Source: an uncultured bacterium
Lineage (GTDB): Bacteria; Verrucomicrobiota; Verrucomicrobiia; Limisphaerales; JACDHS01
Reading direction: 5' to 3'
Assembly: GCA_966112985.1 (NCBI GenBank)
Contig: CBHWET010000001.1
Location: 40,053 to 104,052 of the forward strand
DNA: 64,000 bases
In this document: piece by piece, positions 28,080 to 36,279 of the stretch
How the letters are laid out: each line of letters begins with the position of its first letter
How positions within the stretch are numbered: position 1 is the first letter of the stretch
The notes under the pieces: model-generated
The model's input: only the letters and a program-made list of their open reading frames with translations
The model's database searches: none
Told to the model about the DNA's origin: nothing
Program-made: the position numbers and the translations under genes

Positions 28080-29174
28080 CGAACACAGGCATTCAGTGGT
28101 GTGATGACACTGTCAATCCAGTGGCTGGTTGCGATGGCTGCGAGCTATTCACGGGAATAGGCGCCATGCGCGAGGCGTTGATTTCCGGGTTGGCCCCCGT
28201 TGTTGCCAGTCGAACATGAGCAGCGAATTGCGAAAGTGGTGGAGCAGACGGTTGAAGGCATGTCTCAAACGGACTTATACCGTCACCGATGGAGCGTTGT
28301 AGCACGCATTGCGACCAAGGTCGGTCGTCCCGCTGACAACTCGGTGATCACGCGAGGTGCCGCGACGATCGAGAGTTCGGTAAAGTGCTACGCGGCTCAT
28401 CTCACGTTACGGTATGGAGGGAAAAATAAAGGGTATCCAAGCAAATTTGAAGAGCCGGAGTTGTTTCCGGGCAGAATGGCGCAAGCCGCGAAAGCGAAAG
28501 ATCTGCGCGGCCAAGTGCGTACGGAGAAGCCATGGCTGAACGATTTGCCGAGGTTGATCTTCATCAGCGACATGGGGGATTCGTTTTCAGCAACCGCACC
28601 ATTCGGTTACCTACGAGAGGAAATCATTGAGGTCGTGAAATCACCGGCTGGATGCCGGCACACCTGGCTGTGGCTAACGAAACGCCCGGATCGCATGCTC
28701 AAATTCGATAGGTGGCTGGAAAGCCAGAAAATCGATTGGCCTGAGAATGTGGTCGCGATGACGTCGGTCACATCCAGCAGAACGACGCATCGCGTGTTGC
28801 CACTCGCGAAGTTGCGAGCAAGATGCAAGGGTATATCGGTCGAACCGTTATGGACGCCGGTCTCGCTGCCGCTTCAAGGGATTGATTGGGTGATCCTGGG
28901 CGGCGAGTCAGGCAAGCACGCCAAACCGTTCGATTTGGAGTGGGCTCGCAACATACTGACGCAGTGCCGGGCAGCTGGAACGGCCTTTTTCTTGAAGCAA
29001 CTGGGTCGTTGCCCCGTGGACTACGGCGTCCCCATCCAGGTGAAGGATAAGCATGGGGGCGACTGGAGTGAATGGCCGGAATGTTTCCGGATTCGCCAAG
29101 TTCCTCAAATGTTCAATCGTTTGGTCGTCTCAACGACTGGTGCAATGAACAGGGATACCGGCAAAGGAAGATAG
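28076..29174 (+). pseudogene. DUF5131 (phage Gp37/Gp68 family) gene, split by a frameshift
   Basis: The frame from ATG 28076 gives MTNTGIQWCDDTVNPVAGCDGCELF... (the typical DUF5131 N-terminus) and stops at 28217-28219. The rest of the family (IFISDMGDSF, WLWLTKRPDRM, SVEPLW, IDWVILGGESG, FFLKQLG) is in another frame that is open from 28182 (track ORF 28200..29174, TTG start). The two frames overlap at 28182-28219, which contains a C5 run (28194-28198). Confidence 0.7.
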
Positions 29175-29199
29175 CGCGTCGGGCTTTCCATATAACCGA

Positions 29200-29229
29200 A
29201 CTCCACGCGGTATGCCAGTCGCGTGGAGT
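29200..29229. terminator. 10-bp perfect stem hairpin (ACTCCACGCG-10 nt-CGCGTGGAGT) between the convergent DUF5131 and XRE genes
   Basis: Read directly: arms at 29200-29209 and 29220-29229. It lies 26 nt after the DUF5131 stop and is not followed by a clean T-run. Confidence 0.4.
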
Positions 29230-29297
29230 CTCTTATCTGACCACTGGATGCATCGCCCTGATTCCCGCCGAAGCTAGATCATCGTGATAGAACACGT

Positions 29298-29510
29298 TCA
29301 AAACTCTTCGGGAAAAACATCACAAAGCCGCATTTTTAGTTTGTTCAAAATGATCTGAAGTTTGCTCAATGTAAGATGATGTTCGCCCCGTTTGAGCCGA
29401 AGGTAGGTAGTATGCGATATGCCGATCGACCGTGAAAATTCACGATACGGCCGGTTAGCTCGCGTTTTCTCCAGGAAGTCACGTAGTTGCTTGTCAAAAT
29501 TTCGCCGCAC
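29298..29510 (-). CDS. XRE/Cro-CI family HTH transcriptional regulator
   Basis: 70 aa with a GTG start. The HTH is YREFSRSIGISHTTYLRLKRGEHHLTLSKLQIILNKL. Confidence 0.75.
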   Translation of the reverse strand: MRRNFDKQLRDFLEKTRANRPYREFSRSIGISHTTYLRLKRGEHHLTLSKLQIILNKLKMRLCDVFPEEF

Positions 29511-29532
29511 GTTTTCACGGTTTCACAACCGC

Positions 29533-29550
29533 TGGAACGTATGCGTTCCA
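29533..29550. promoter_or_regulatory. Candidate operator: 7-bp inverted repeat TGGAACG-tatg-CGTTCCA in the divergent XRE/secreted-protein intergenic region
   Basis: Read directly. Two TTTCAC direct repeats (29513-18, 29521-26) are also present. It sits in the 83-bp gap between the divergent starts 29510 and 29594. Confidence 0.35.
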
Positions 29551-29593
29551 TTGTTCTTTACTCACAGACTGCGCTCAGTAAGCTGGCACGGGT

Positions 29594-30361
29594 ATGGCAA
29601 AACGACTGTTGATATTAAGTTTCCTGCTCATCGTGCGTTTGACAGTGTTCTCTCAGTCTCACGCTTTTACTTATCAAGGCCGGCTTTGCGACGGAGGGGC
29701 TCCATCTTCTGGAACTTACGAGTTTATTGTTTCGCTTTATGATGGTCTGACCGGAAGCGGTAAAGTTGCTGGGCCTACAACGAACGCCGCCGTTAACGTA
29801 TCTAATGGCTTATTCGTGGTAACAGTCGATTTAGGTGCCCAGGCATTTCCGGGTGCTGACCGTTGGCTTGAAATATCAGTTCGTCGATCCGGAACAAACG
29901 TACCTTTCACGACCCTAACGCCGCGCCAACAGATTAGCGCCACACCGTATTCCTTGATGGCGATGACTGCAGGAACCGCTGTTTCCGCCTTGAACGTTGC
30001 TCCCGGGTCCGTTGGAAGTGATCAGCTTGGCGTGGGTGCGGTTTCGATGACGAACTTGAATTCAAATCTTCTAGAGCGCGTTTTGGCGTTCGAACGTTGG
30101 CAATTCGACAACAAGCCGGTTATCACCAGCACAAACGTCGTACGCGCCACAGCAGGCGATATGGTGTGGTATCGCGTCATAGCACAGAACAATCCTCCGT
30201 TTCAGTACTCGTTTGACGCGCTGCCACCGGGAATGGGCTACAGTTCCGATCCAAGAGAGATCGGTGGCACCCCACCAGCGGGGACATATACAGTTTATGT
30301 CTCTGCCAAAAACATCGCGGGTACGACCACTTTACCAGTCACAATAATCGTGTCTCCTTAG
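29594..30361 (+). CDS. Secreted protein: signal peptide, tail-fibre-type N-terminal module, C-terminal putative Ig (He_PIG-like) domain
   Basis: 255 aa. The signal peptide is MAKRLLILSFLLIVRLTVFSQS. FTYQGRLCDGGAPSSGTYEFIVSLYDGLTGSG...VSNGLFVVTVDLG matches a module common at the N-terminus of proteins annotated as tail-fibre-domain proteins. The C-terminus (YSFDALPPGMGYSSDPREIGGTPPAGTYTVYVSAKN) resembles the putative Ig domain. Confidence 0.5.
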   Translation: MAKRLLILSFLLIVRLTVFSQSHAFTYQGRLCDGGAPSSGTYEFIVSLYDGLTGSGKVAGPTTNAAVNVSNGLFVVTVDLGAQAFPGADRWLEISVRRSGTNVPFTTLTPRQQISATPYSLMAMTAGTAVSALNVAPGSVGSDQLGVGAVSMTNLNSNLLERVLAFERWQFDNKPVITSTNVVRATAGDMVWYRVIAQNNPPFQYSFDALPPGMGYSSDPREIGGTPPAGTYTVYVSAKNIAGTTTLPVTIIVSP

Positions 30362-30604
30362 CTCGGCGTGGGTCAATATCTACGGGAGGAATGATCAATT
30401 AACCCGCTCGCAGCAAGTACAGCGGTGCCTTACCAAACTTTAGAACAACAGTTTTACGCCGCGGAGGAACGACCCACGGGACATTGTTGTCGTTAACGCT
30501 CATCGCCAGATCGTAAATGAGCAGGAGCTTCATCAAGCAAATCGGATCCCCAAACAATACGGAGAAAGTAGTAGCAACGTTAGACGCCGGGTGGCAATGC
30601 CCTT

Positions 30605-30937
30605 GTCAGTGTCAGCGTGCACGTAGGGCAACTCTCCAAGAGTGTTAGTAGAAGTGTTACTTTTACGCCTGTTTACCTCTTCGATGGCGCTGTAAGTCTC
30701 ACGAATACAATATTTTGCGCCTTTTGAAAACCGCCGTAGGGGGAAGTGTTACAGTGTTAAAACATCAAAAGCGTTGGCCTTTTCGCGTTACAAAAAGTGT
30801 TACTTGGGCATTTTACAAAAATCTGACCTCCAAAGTACCCATTTTTTTGCACCACTTTCAGCCTGCCGTTGCCGTAAACGCCCAGTTGCCTTCAAAACAC
30901 AGTGTGATGTCAGTGGTACGTCAGTAGTGTGTCAGTG
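30605..30937 (+). repeat. Two families of short direct repeats (iteron-like) in a ~700-bp gene-poor stretch
   Basis: AGTGTTA(C) occurs at 30641, 30653, 30745, 30753 and 30796, all in the same orientation, plus GCGTTAC at 30785. GTCAGTG/GTCAGTA/GTCAGTG occur at 30909, 30920 and 30931, exactly 11 bp apart. GTCAGTG/GTCAGCG also occur at 30605/30611. Confidence 0.6.
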
Positions 30938-31072
30938 CTTCGATCACGTCCGCCCTCTTCGATTGTTCCTCCTGACTGCATCATGCACCCGGCGGCGCTT
31001 TCGCACCGCCGGGTATCGATGCAGTCACGAGAACATCAAAGCGGCCGTCGACCATGTGTGCCGGGATTCGGG

Positions 31073-32446
31073 CTACCAATTGGCTCCTTGAACCGATCCC
31101 GCCGGCATGACCTCCGCTTTGATATCGACCGTTCGGCCCGGTCTCAAACGCCCGCTCTCCTCTTCAATAATCCGCCCATCGGCTAGCAGTCGTTGAATCA
31201 CGGGCTCATGAACCGCCTTACGCTGGTCAGAAAACGTTCTGAAAAGTTCCCGCCGACGTATTGCTCCTTTTGCCCTGATCCTTGAGAGGATGACTTCGTC
31301 CGAATGGCCGAATCGACTGCGATCACTGCTTCGACGGAAATCAGCGTGTCTCGATCGGATCATACGCGTGACCCGGATGGCCGCTGAGGCAATTGAGAGG
31401 TCAACAGGCTGCTTGTGGTCGGTTCCTGCCAGCCAGATCGCAAGCGCAATGCGCACCGAGAGTTCGGAGTGAGCAAAGTTGCTGTAGGCATCGAACGGGA
31501 AATCGATGTTCGATTCGCCTGCTAATTCGTTGCGAAACCCCCAAAGGAGAGATCGTGCGTCGTCGGTCGCTTCGATCCCAAATCTCGGTGCATGGCGCAG
31601 GTTGATAATCCGCTGGAGTTGGCCTTCCCATAGACGTTGCTCCGGCATTGGCTTCAATCCCGGATGTGCCGTTTGATTCGGGGTGCCACTTTCTGTCAGC
31701 CAAATTATGCCGGAGTGAATTTCCGGTCGATCGATCTGCTCAAACAGCTTGAAGGCGTCGTCCGGGAGAACTATCCCCAAACCGCTGATCACCGGTGAGA
31801 GAGCGGCGGCCGGTGTATCACTCTTAAAAAGGTCTGCGACTGAAAGGTTTCGAATACACCGTGACAAGAGGTCAGCGTCCAGGTCACGGGGGTGGATGAG
31901 GAAGCCTTTCGATGCAAGCAGCAGGCTGCCATCTGCGCTCTGCAGAAGAGTGCTCCGGACGGTGTTCTTATCGAGCCGATCCAGCGTCACTGCCGGATAC
32001 AGCTTCGGTAGTAGCCGTTGAATTGCAAAGGTGTGGTATTGGTAATCGCTATCGAATCGACAGGCACCACTACGGGGCATCCGATCGCATCGCCATTTCT
32101 CGTGTTTCTTAATTTCCGAGCGCACGACATCTTTAGCTTCTATTGTTGCGTCCGCCAGCATCTCGTTTTGCATGGCCCGGATTGGTGCGACGATGTCATT
32201 CCACGTTAGGCAGAGATTCGCGGTTGTCGTTGTGGCCAAGCAGAAAAGGTTTCCCGGCGTGACAGTCTCGTTGAACACCCGTTGTATGGCAGCCTTTCGG
32301 CCCGCCGTTCCCGTCGCTGCTACTAGGCAACCTGCCAGCGCTGATAGAGGTTCAACCCCATAGCGGGCGGAGACTGAGTTGACGTAATTGGCCAGGGCTC
32401 CGGGTAAGGTCGGAACTTCGCTCTGAATTGTCGTGGCTGGATTCAT
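31073..32446 (-). CDS. DUF3987-like protein (YfjI-type, common in P4-like/integrative elements); P-loop not evident
   Basis: 457 aa. The N-terminal pattern (VPTLPGALANYVNSVSARYGVEPLSALAGCLVAATGTAG...PGNLFCLA) resembles the start of DUF3987 proteins. A GxGKS is absent at the expected place. The context fits (integrase, excisionase, Rep-like gene in the same operon). Confidence 0.4.
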   Translation of the reverse strand: MNPATTIQSEVPTLPGALANYVNSVSARYGVEPLSALAGCLVAATGTAGRKAAIQRVFNETVTPGNLFCLATTTTANLCLTWNDIVAPIRAMQNEMLADATIEAKDVVRSEIKKHEKWRCDRMPRSGACRFDSDYQYHTFAIQRLLPKLYPAVTLDRLDKNTVRSTLLQSADGSLLLASKGFLIHPRDLDADLLSRCIRNLSVADLFKSDTPAAALSPVISGLGIVLPDDAFKLFEQIDRPEIHSGIIWLTESGTPNQTAHPGLKPMPEQRLWEGQLQRIINLRHAPRFGIEATDDARSLLWGFRNELAGESNIDFPFDAYSNFAHSELSVRIALAIWLAGTDHKQPVDLSIASAAIRVTRMIRSRHADFRRSSDRSRFGHSDEVILSRIRAKGAIRRRELFRTFSDQRKAVHEPVIQRLLADGRIIEEESGRLRPGRTVDIKAEVMPAGSVQGANW

Positions 32447-32448
32447 AA

Positions 32449-32859
32449 CTATCGGGCGGGTAAAGGTGCATTAAATGGCCAGACCCAAAAACTCGGTGTG
32501 CGGGGGAATAAGCGCGAAATGGAGATGTGATGTTTGGGTTCATCACTGTAATAGCAATGGCTCACTTGAACCGTAGCGGTCGTCCCCGCAAGCGAGTTCA
32601 GATCGGTCAATGTTGTCATGCGCGAAGGCGCATCTTCGCCCAGCCAATCTTTAAGTTTCTTGAGAAGTCCGGAGCCGGGAGTCAGACCGAGTTTGCTGTC
32701 ACAACATGCGAAATAGAGTCGGTTATCCGTCGCCACTTCGAACACGAGGCGAAGGCGAACCCCGTCGTTCCGCGAAGGATTTTTGGGCTCTGCATATCGA
32801 AAGACAGCGGGCCAGACACCCGGAGGACAATTCCATTTGGGGCGTGATGAAGCTTTCAT
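32449..32859 (-). CDS. Hypothetical protein, paralogue A of a tandem pair
   Basis: 136 aa. It shares WxCPPGxWxAxxRxxEP...LVFEV...GSxL...WLG...DLxxL with the next gene upstream. Confidence 0.6.
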   Translation of the reverse strand: MKASSRPKWNCPPGVWPAVFRYAEPKNPSRNDGVRLRLVFEVATDNRLYFACCDSKLGLTPGSGLLKKLKDWLGEDAPSRMTTLTDLNSLAGTTATVQVSHCYYSDEPKHHISISRLFPRTPSFWVWPFNAPLPAR

Positions 32860-32860
32860 G

Positions 32861-33326
32861 TTAATTTCGGGATTGGAAGCTGTAAGGTCGCTGGGGAAGC
32901 ATGATCACAAGCTTGCGTGGTTGGGGGACCGTCGGCTCCACCACCGAGCTTGTAGGACCGTCTTCAACGACAGGGCGAATCTCTGCTGCATGGATGAAGG
33001 CCGTATCATGACCGGGCCTTAATTTGTGTTCGACGGTCAACACTGCCTCGGGCTCCGACCAACGCTGACAGTTGGGTTAGATCTGAGATCGCATCAGTGA
33101 CCTTTCGCCCAAGCCATCCGATCAAGGTGCTGGAGAGGGCGGAACCCGGCCATAGTTCGGGTTTTGCGTAATGAGCCACTAGGTAATCGCGACCACCAAC
33201 GCTCACTTCGAAGACGAGCCTAACCAGAGTAGCGCCTCCGTTCTTTGGCTTGTATTCAGGTTCGACGTGTCGCAAGCGGGCTCGCCAGAGGCCCGGAGGG
33301 CAATGCCATATTGATTTTGTGTTCAT
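32861..33326 (-). pseudogene. Paralogue B of the tandem pair, apparently split by a 1-nt frameshift near 33040
   Basis: Track ORF 33006..33326 (MNTKSIWHCPPGLWRARLRHVEPEYKP...LSALVGARGS) aligns with the first ~95 aa of paralogue A. The equivalent of A's C-terminus (ATVQVSHCYYSDEPKHHISISRLFP) appears as VLTVEHKLRPGHDTAFIHAAEIRP in the other frame (ORF 32861..33043). Confidence 0.5.
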
Positions 33327-33380
33327 GGAGGATCGGGGACCGTCGTCCCGCCTTTTGGAGCGGGACGACGGTGTTCATTT

Positions 33381-33653
33381 CTATTTCACAGAGGAGGCGA
33401 GTGCTTCAGCGTCGGACTGAACTTCACGGGCAGGCATTACACACACCGCCATCATTCGGACCTCCTCTTGTTCGATGGCGATCCGCTCAGCGGTAAGGGC
33501 CGCTTCGCGAATGGATTCAGCTTCGATGAGATAAACGTCGCTACACCCGCAGCGTATTTCGACCATCGTCTCATCAAGGACGTCTTCATACGCGAGCACG
33601 ACCAACCAGCGTTGATGCTCGGTTGCATACAAGTCAGTCATGGTGCCCTCCAT
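33381..33653 (-). CDS. Small hypothetical protein (~86-90 aa)
   Basis: I trimmed the track ORF (33381..33833) to ATG 33653 or 33641 (MEGTMTDLYATEHQRWLVVLAYE...). The long version would overlap the upstream gene heavily. It shows weak similarity to the neighbouring small protein. Confidence 0.45.
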   Translation of the reverse strand: MEGTMTDLYATEHQRWLVVLAYEDVLDETMVEIRCGCSDVYLIEAESIREAALTAERIAIEQEEVRMMAVCVMPAREVQSDAEALASSVK

Positions 33654-33873
33654 CGAGTTCGTCTGCCCACGTCCGTAGTTCAGCCGCTTTGAAGCAGGCC
33701 ACCGCGTGCATCCCTTCACCGAGTTCGGATTGCTGCTCGGCCAGTTCCGCCGCTTCGATCGAGTCTTTGGCTTCGACGGCAATTGTTTCCGTAGCTCGAG
33801 ACTCGAAATCTTCACAGTGAATCGCTGCCACACAGGTAACGACTACGAGATATTTGTTCTTTTTCGTTTTCAT
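33634..33873 (-). CDS. Small hypothetical protein (79 aa)
   Basis: I trimmed the track ORF (33634..34041) to ATG 33873 (MKTKKNKYLVVVTCVAAIHCEDFESR...). Confidence 0.45.
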   Translation of the reverse strand: MKTKKNKYLVVVTCVAAIHCEDFESRATETIAVEAKDSIEAAELAEQQSELGEGMHAVACFKAAELRTWADELDGGHHD

Positions 33874-34045
33874 GTTTGTCAGTGCGCTCCAATTGAACCC
33901 GCGAGCGCGATGCGGGTGTTGTCCCGGCTGACGCACCAGCCGGGAAAATTTAGAAACAAGCCAAAGGCAAGCCCGGAAGGACTGGTATCGGCACGAAAAG
34001 CGTGGTCGCAGTTTCGATAAAGCACAGAAATTAGGATCCAAAGCG

Positions 34046-35032
34046 TCATTTCAGGGATGGCGTTATAAGGTCAATCGACTGAGTTTCGATAGGCGCGGTG
34101 TTGTCCGTGCGGGCCACAGCGGCCTCTGAAGCAATTGCCAATGGCGGTATTAGTTTATCCCAGTCGATACCAAAGTATTCCGGACGAAGTGCTGCCATTT
34201 GGTTGCGCAGGTTATATTGCTGCCGCGTGGTAACTGAACGAAGATGCACCGCTGATAAGAGTTCCCCGTCACCTGTCCGGCAATCATTAGCGTCGGCCAA
34301 TACCAGGAGAGAGGCGATGCTCGAGACCTTCGCCACTTTTCTTGGCTGAAGCCGCAGCACCATCCGACGCAATGCTTCGTAGCAGCGGTCGTATCGAAGT
34401 GCCGTTACGGGCTGGCCATCGCCGAGGAGTTTAGGCACGTAGTCACCGCGGAGTTCAACTTCCACGCGGATGAAATCGCCTCGTTCGCCCCGTTGCTCAA
34501 GGGCCTTGTCGTACATGCGCAATTTAATCTTGGATCCATTCCAATTGATGGACTCGCCGGGATAGATGACTGGCAGCCTATGGATACCTGAACAGCGACA
34601 GTGTTGATGGGCCGGAATAAAGTCAGTGATCCTGCCGGGGACATGCGCGAAGATGTCGACTCGGGTGAATCGCCAAGACAGGTCTCGGAGGTAAACGACT
34701 TCTCCCATAATTCGTCGAGCTTCACTCAAACCTTGGTCGATTAGGCCCTGGCTGTTAGCCGGGGTTTCGTTGGTTTCGAAGAGCAGACGTGGAAGCGAGA
34801 ATTCGACCCAGGTAACTTCGCTGTTTCGCAGCTTGATACGCAGTCCGGTGGATACGTGTTTGAGAATATAACCCGGGACAGAGATGATGGCACCGCCCTT
34901 CACTGCTTCTTCACTTGAACAATCAGACTTTTTCCAGCCGGGGCGAAGGTCATTGATGAGGCGGCGAGCCGATGGGACAGCGCGGAGGGTGTCAAGACTG
35001 ACAGGAGGACAGTTGCCAGAACTGAAATTCAT
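34046..35032 (-). CDS. Putative replication initiation protein (phage gene II/X-like, rolling-circle type)
   Basis: 328 aa. The pattern EFSLPRLLFETNE ... FTRVDIFAHV ... IKLRMYDK ... FIRVEVELRG resembles phage/plasmid replication initiator families. It is located between the excisionase-type gene and the DUF3987-like gene. Confidence 0.35.
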   Translation of the reverse strand: MNFSSGNCPPVSLDTLRAVPSARRLINDLRPGWKKSDCSSEEAVKGGAIISVPGYILKHVSTGLRIKLRNSEVTWVEFSLPRLLFETNETPANSQGLIDQGLSEARRIMGEVVYLRDLSWRFTRVDIFAHVPGRITDFIPAHQHCRCSGIHRLPVIYPGESINWNGSKIKLRMYDKALEQRGERGDFIRVEVELRGDYVPKLLGDGQPVTALRYDRCYEALRRMVLRLQPRKVAKVSSIASLLVLADANDCRTGDGELLSAVHLRSVTTRQQYNLRNQMAALRPEYFGIDWDKLIPPLAIASEAAVARTDNTAPIETQSIDLITPSLK

Positions 35033-35049
35033 TTCCGAATTCCTTGGTG

Positions 35050-35289
35050 CTACTGGCAGTTTGATGTTCCCACTCGGCTGCGGATGAACTGTTCCAACTC
35101 GGACCGAGAAACAAAAACGGCGCGGCCTTTCTTGTAGAAGGCCAGCCCTTGTTGGTGATATTTGCGAATGGTATTCGGAGCGAGGTCCACGATCTCCTTG
35201 CTCTTGGAAAGTCGAAAGAGGTCAAACGAGCCTGCCGCAATTTGAAGATTAGAGCATGAATTTGAATTCATGCTCGAAGGGTAAAACAC
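35050..35289 (-). CDS. Excisionase/AlpA-type helix-turn-helix protein
   Basis: 79 aa. LSKSKEIVDLAPNTIRKYHQQGLAFYKKGRAVFVSRSELEQFI fits the excisionase-family HTH (target-site HTH followed by the 'wing' and xSELEQFI). It is two genes downstream of the integrase. Confidence 0.6.
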   Translation of the reverse strand: MFYPSSMNSNSCSNLQIAAGSFDLFRLSKSKEIVDLAPNTIRKYHQQGLAFYKKGRAVFVSRSELEQFIRSRVGTSNCQ

Positions 35290-35298
35290 TTAAAAAAC

Positions 35299-36279
35299 TC
35301 AAATGGGGGCAAAGGTCCGTTGCCTGATGAACTGGCCTTCAATCCAAAGTTCCTTGTCGGCCCCGATTGGTGCGACCCATTTGGCTAAACTTTGCATCGG
35401 AACTTCGCATCCTGCCTGCCGGCCTATACGGGCGGATCCGGCGATTGAAAGTTTCAAGTTTAAGGCTTTGCATCGATCTTCCGTTGGCCTCGCTTTTTTC
35501 CCCAATGGAATTTTCGTACTAAACTCAAAAAGGTCACAGGCAACCAGCCAGACGTCATGATAGCTCCACCCGTACAGGGTCACGATCGGCCAAGTCTCGA
35601 TCATCCACGTTTCAAATTGTGGCATCGTCCACTGCACCTTTCCTTTCGATCGTTTTGCGTCGGCAAACGCTTTGGCGGCACAAGGGGTGCAAATCCGGGC
35701 TAGTTCGCTGCTGAAGATCTCTGGCGGCAGGCCATCGCAGTGGCGATCCAAAAAACCCAACAATGCTGCTTCCCTGTTATTCGTTTCGGTGCGAAGAGCA
35801 TAGGACTGTTTTCTTAAGTATAAGTTCAGAGATTGTTCAGCCGCCGTTCTCCACTCCTGAAAGCGTTTCAACCAGAAACCCGGCTCCATTTCCTGCACCA
35901 GATTCGTTGACTCTGGTTTTAGCAACGCCGCTTCAAGCTTCCATCGCTCATTCGCAACAATGTGCGCACCAAGGTCACCGAGCCACAGGGGAATTGGCGA
36001 ATACGTTTGTTTCGCCCATTGAACAACGGCGGAACACCACGCCGGCACAATAAAGCATCTGAAGTAAAAATCTCGATCTACCCCCAGAGGAAACTGAATC
36101 TTTAGCTTTTCAGCTGCGGCATGTGCGGCTCGTTCGAGTGGGGTTGCCAAGCGCAGAGGCGGAGCGAGTAGCACCTCTGACGACTCAAGCTTTTTCGCAA
36201 TCCTTTGTCCTTGCGAAAGGATGTTCTGGATTTCCTTTTTGGTCGTCAATTTTTTCAAGGAATGTGGGGGCACGGTCAT
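35299..36279 (-). CDS. Hypothetical protein (326 aa)
   Basis: A long ORF overlapping the integrase stop by 4 nt. No motif was recognised. Confidence 0.55.
   Translation of the reverse strand: MTVPPHSLKKLTTKKEIQNILSQGQRIAKKLESSEVLLAPPLRLATPLERAAHAAAEKLKIQFPLGVDRDFYFRCFIVPAWCSAVVQWAKQTYSPIPLWLGDLGAHIVANERWKLEAALLKPESTNLVQEMEPGFWLKRFQEWRTAAEQSLNLYLRKQSYALRTETNNREAALLGFLDRHCDGLPPEIFSSELARICTPCAAKAFADAKRSKGKVQWTMPQFETWMIETWPIVTLYGWSYHDVWLVACDLFEFSTKIPLGKKARPTEDRCKALNLKLSIAGSARIGRQAGCEVPMQSLAKWVAPIGADKELWIEGQFIRQRTFAPI

Noticed and set aside
30399-30533. 44-codon minus-strand ORF (MKLLLIYDLAMSVNDNNVPWVVPPRRKTVVLKFGKAPLYLLRAG) below the ORF-track size cut-off
   Set aside because: There is no Shine-Dalgarno-like sequence, no recognisable motif, and no supporting context. 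It may be real but is unsupported.
30715-31186. Plus-strand ORFs 30715..30927, 30774..31091 and 30929..31186 across the iteron-like region
   Set aside because: They overlap each other, have biased composition, and the last runs antisense into the DUF3987-like gene. The region is better explained as non-coding repeat DNA.
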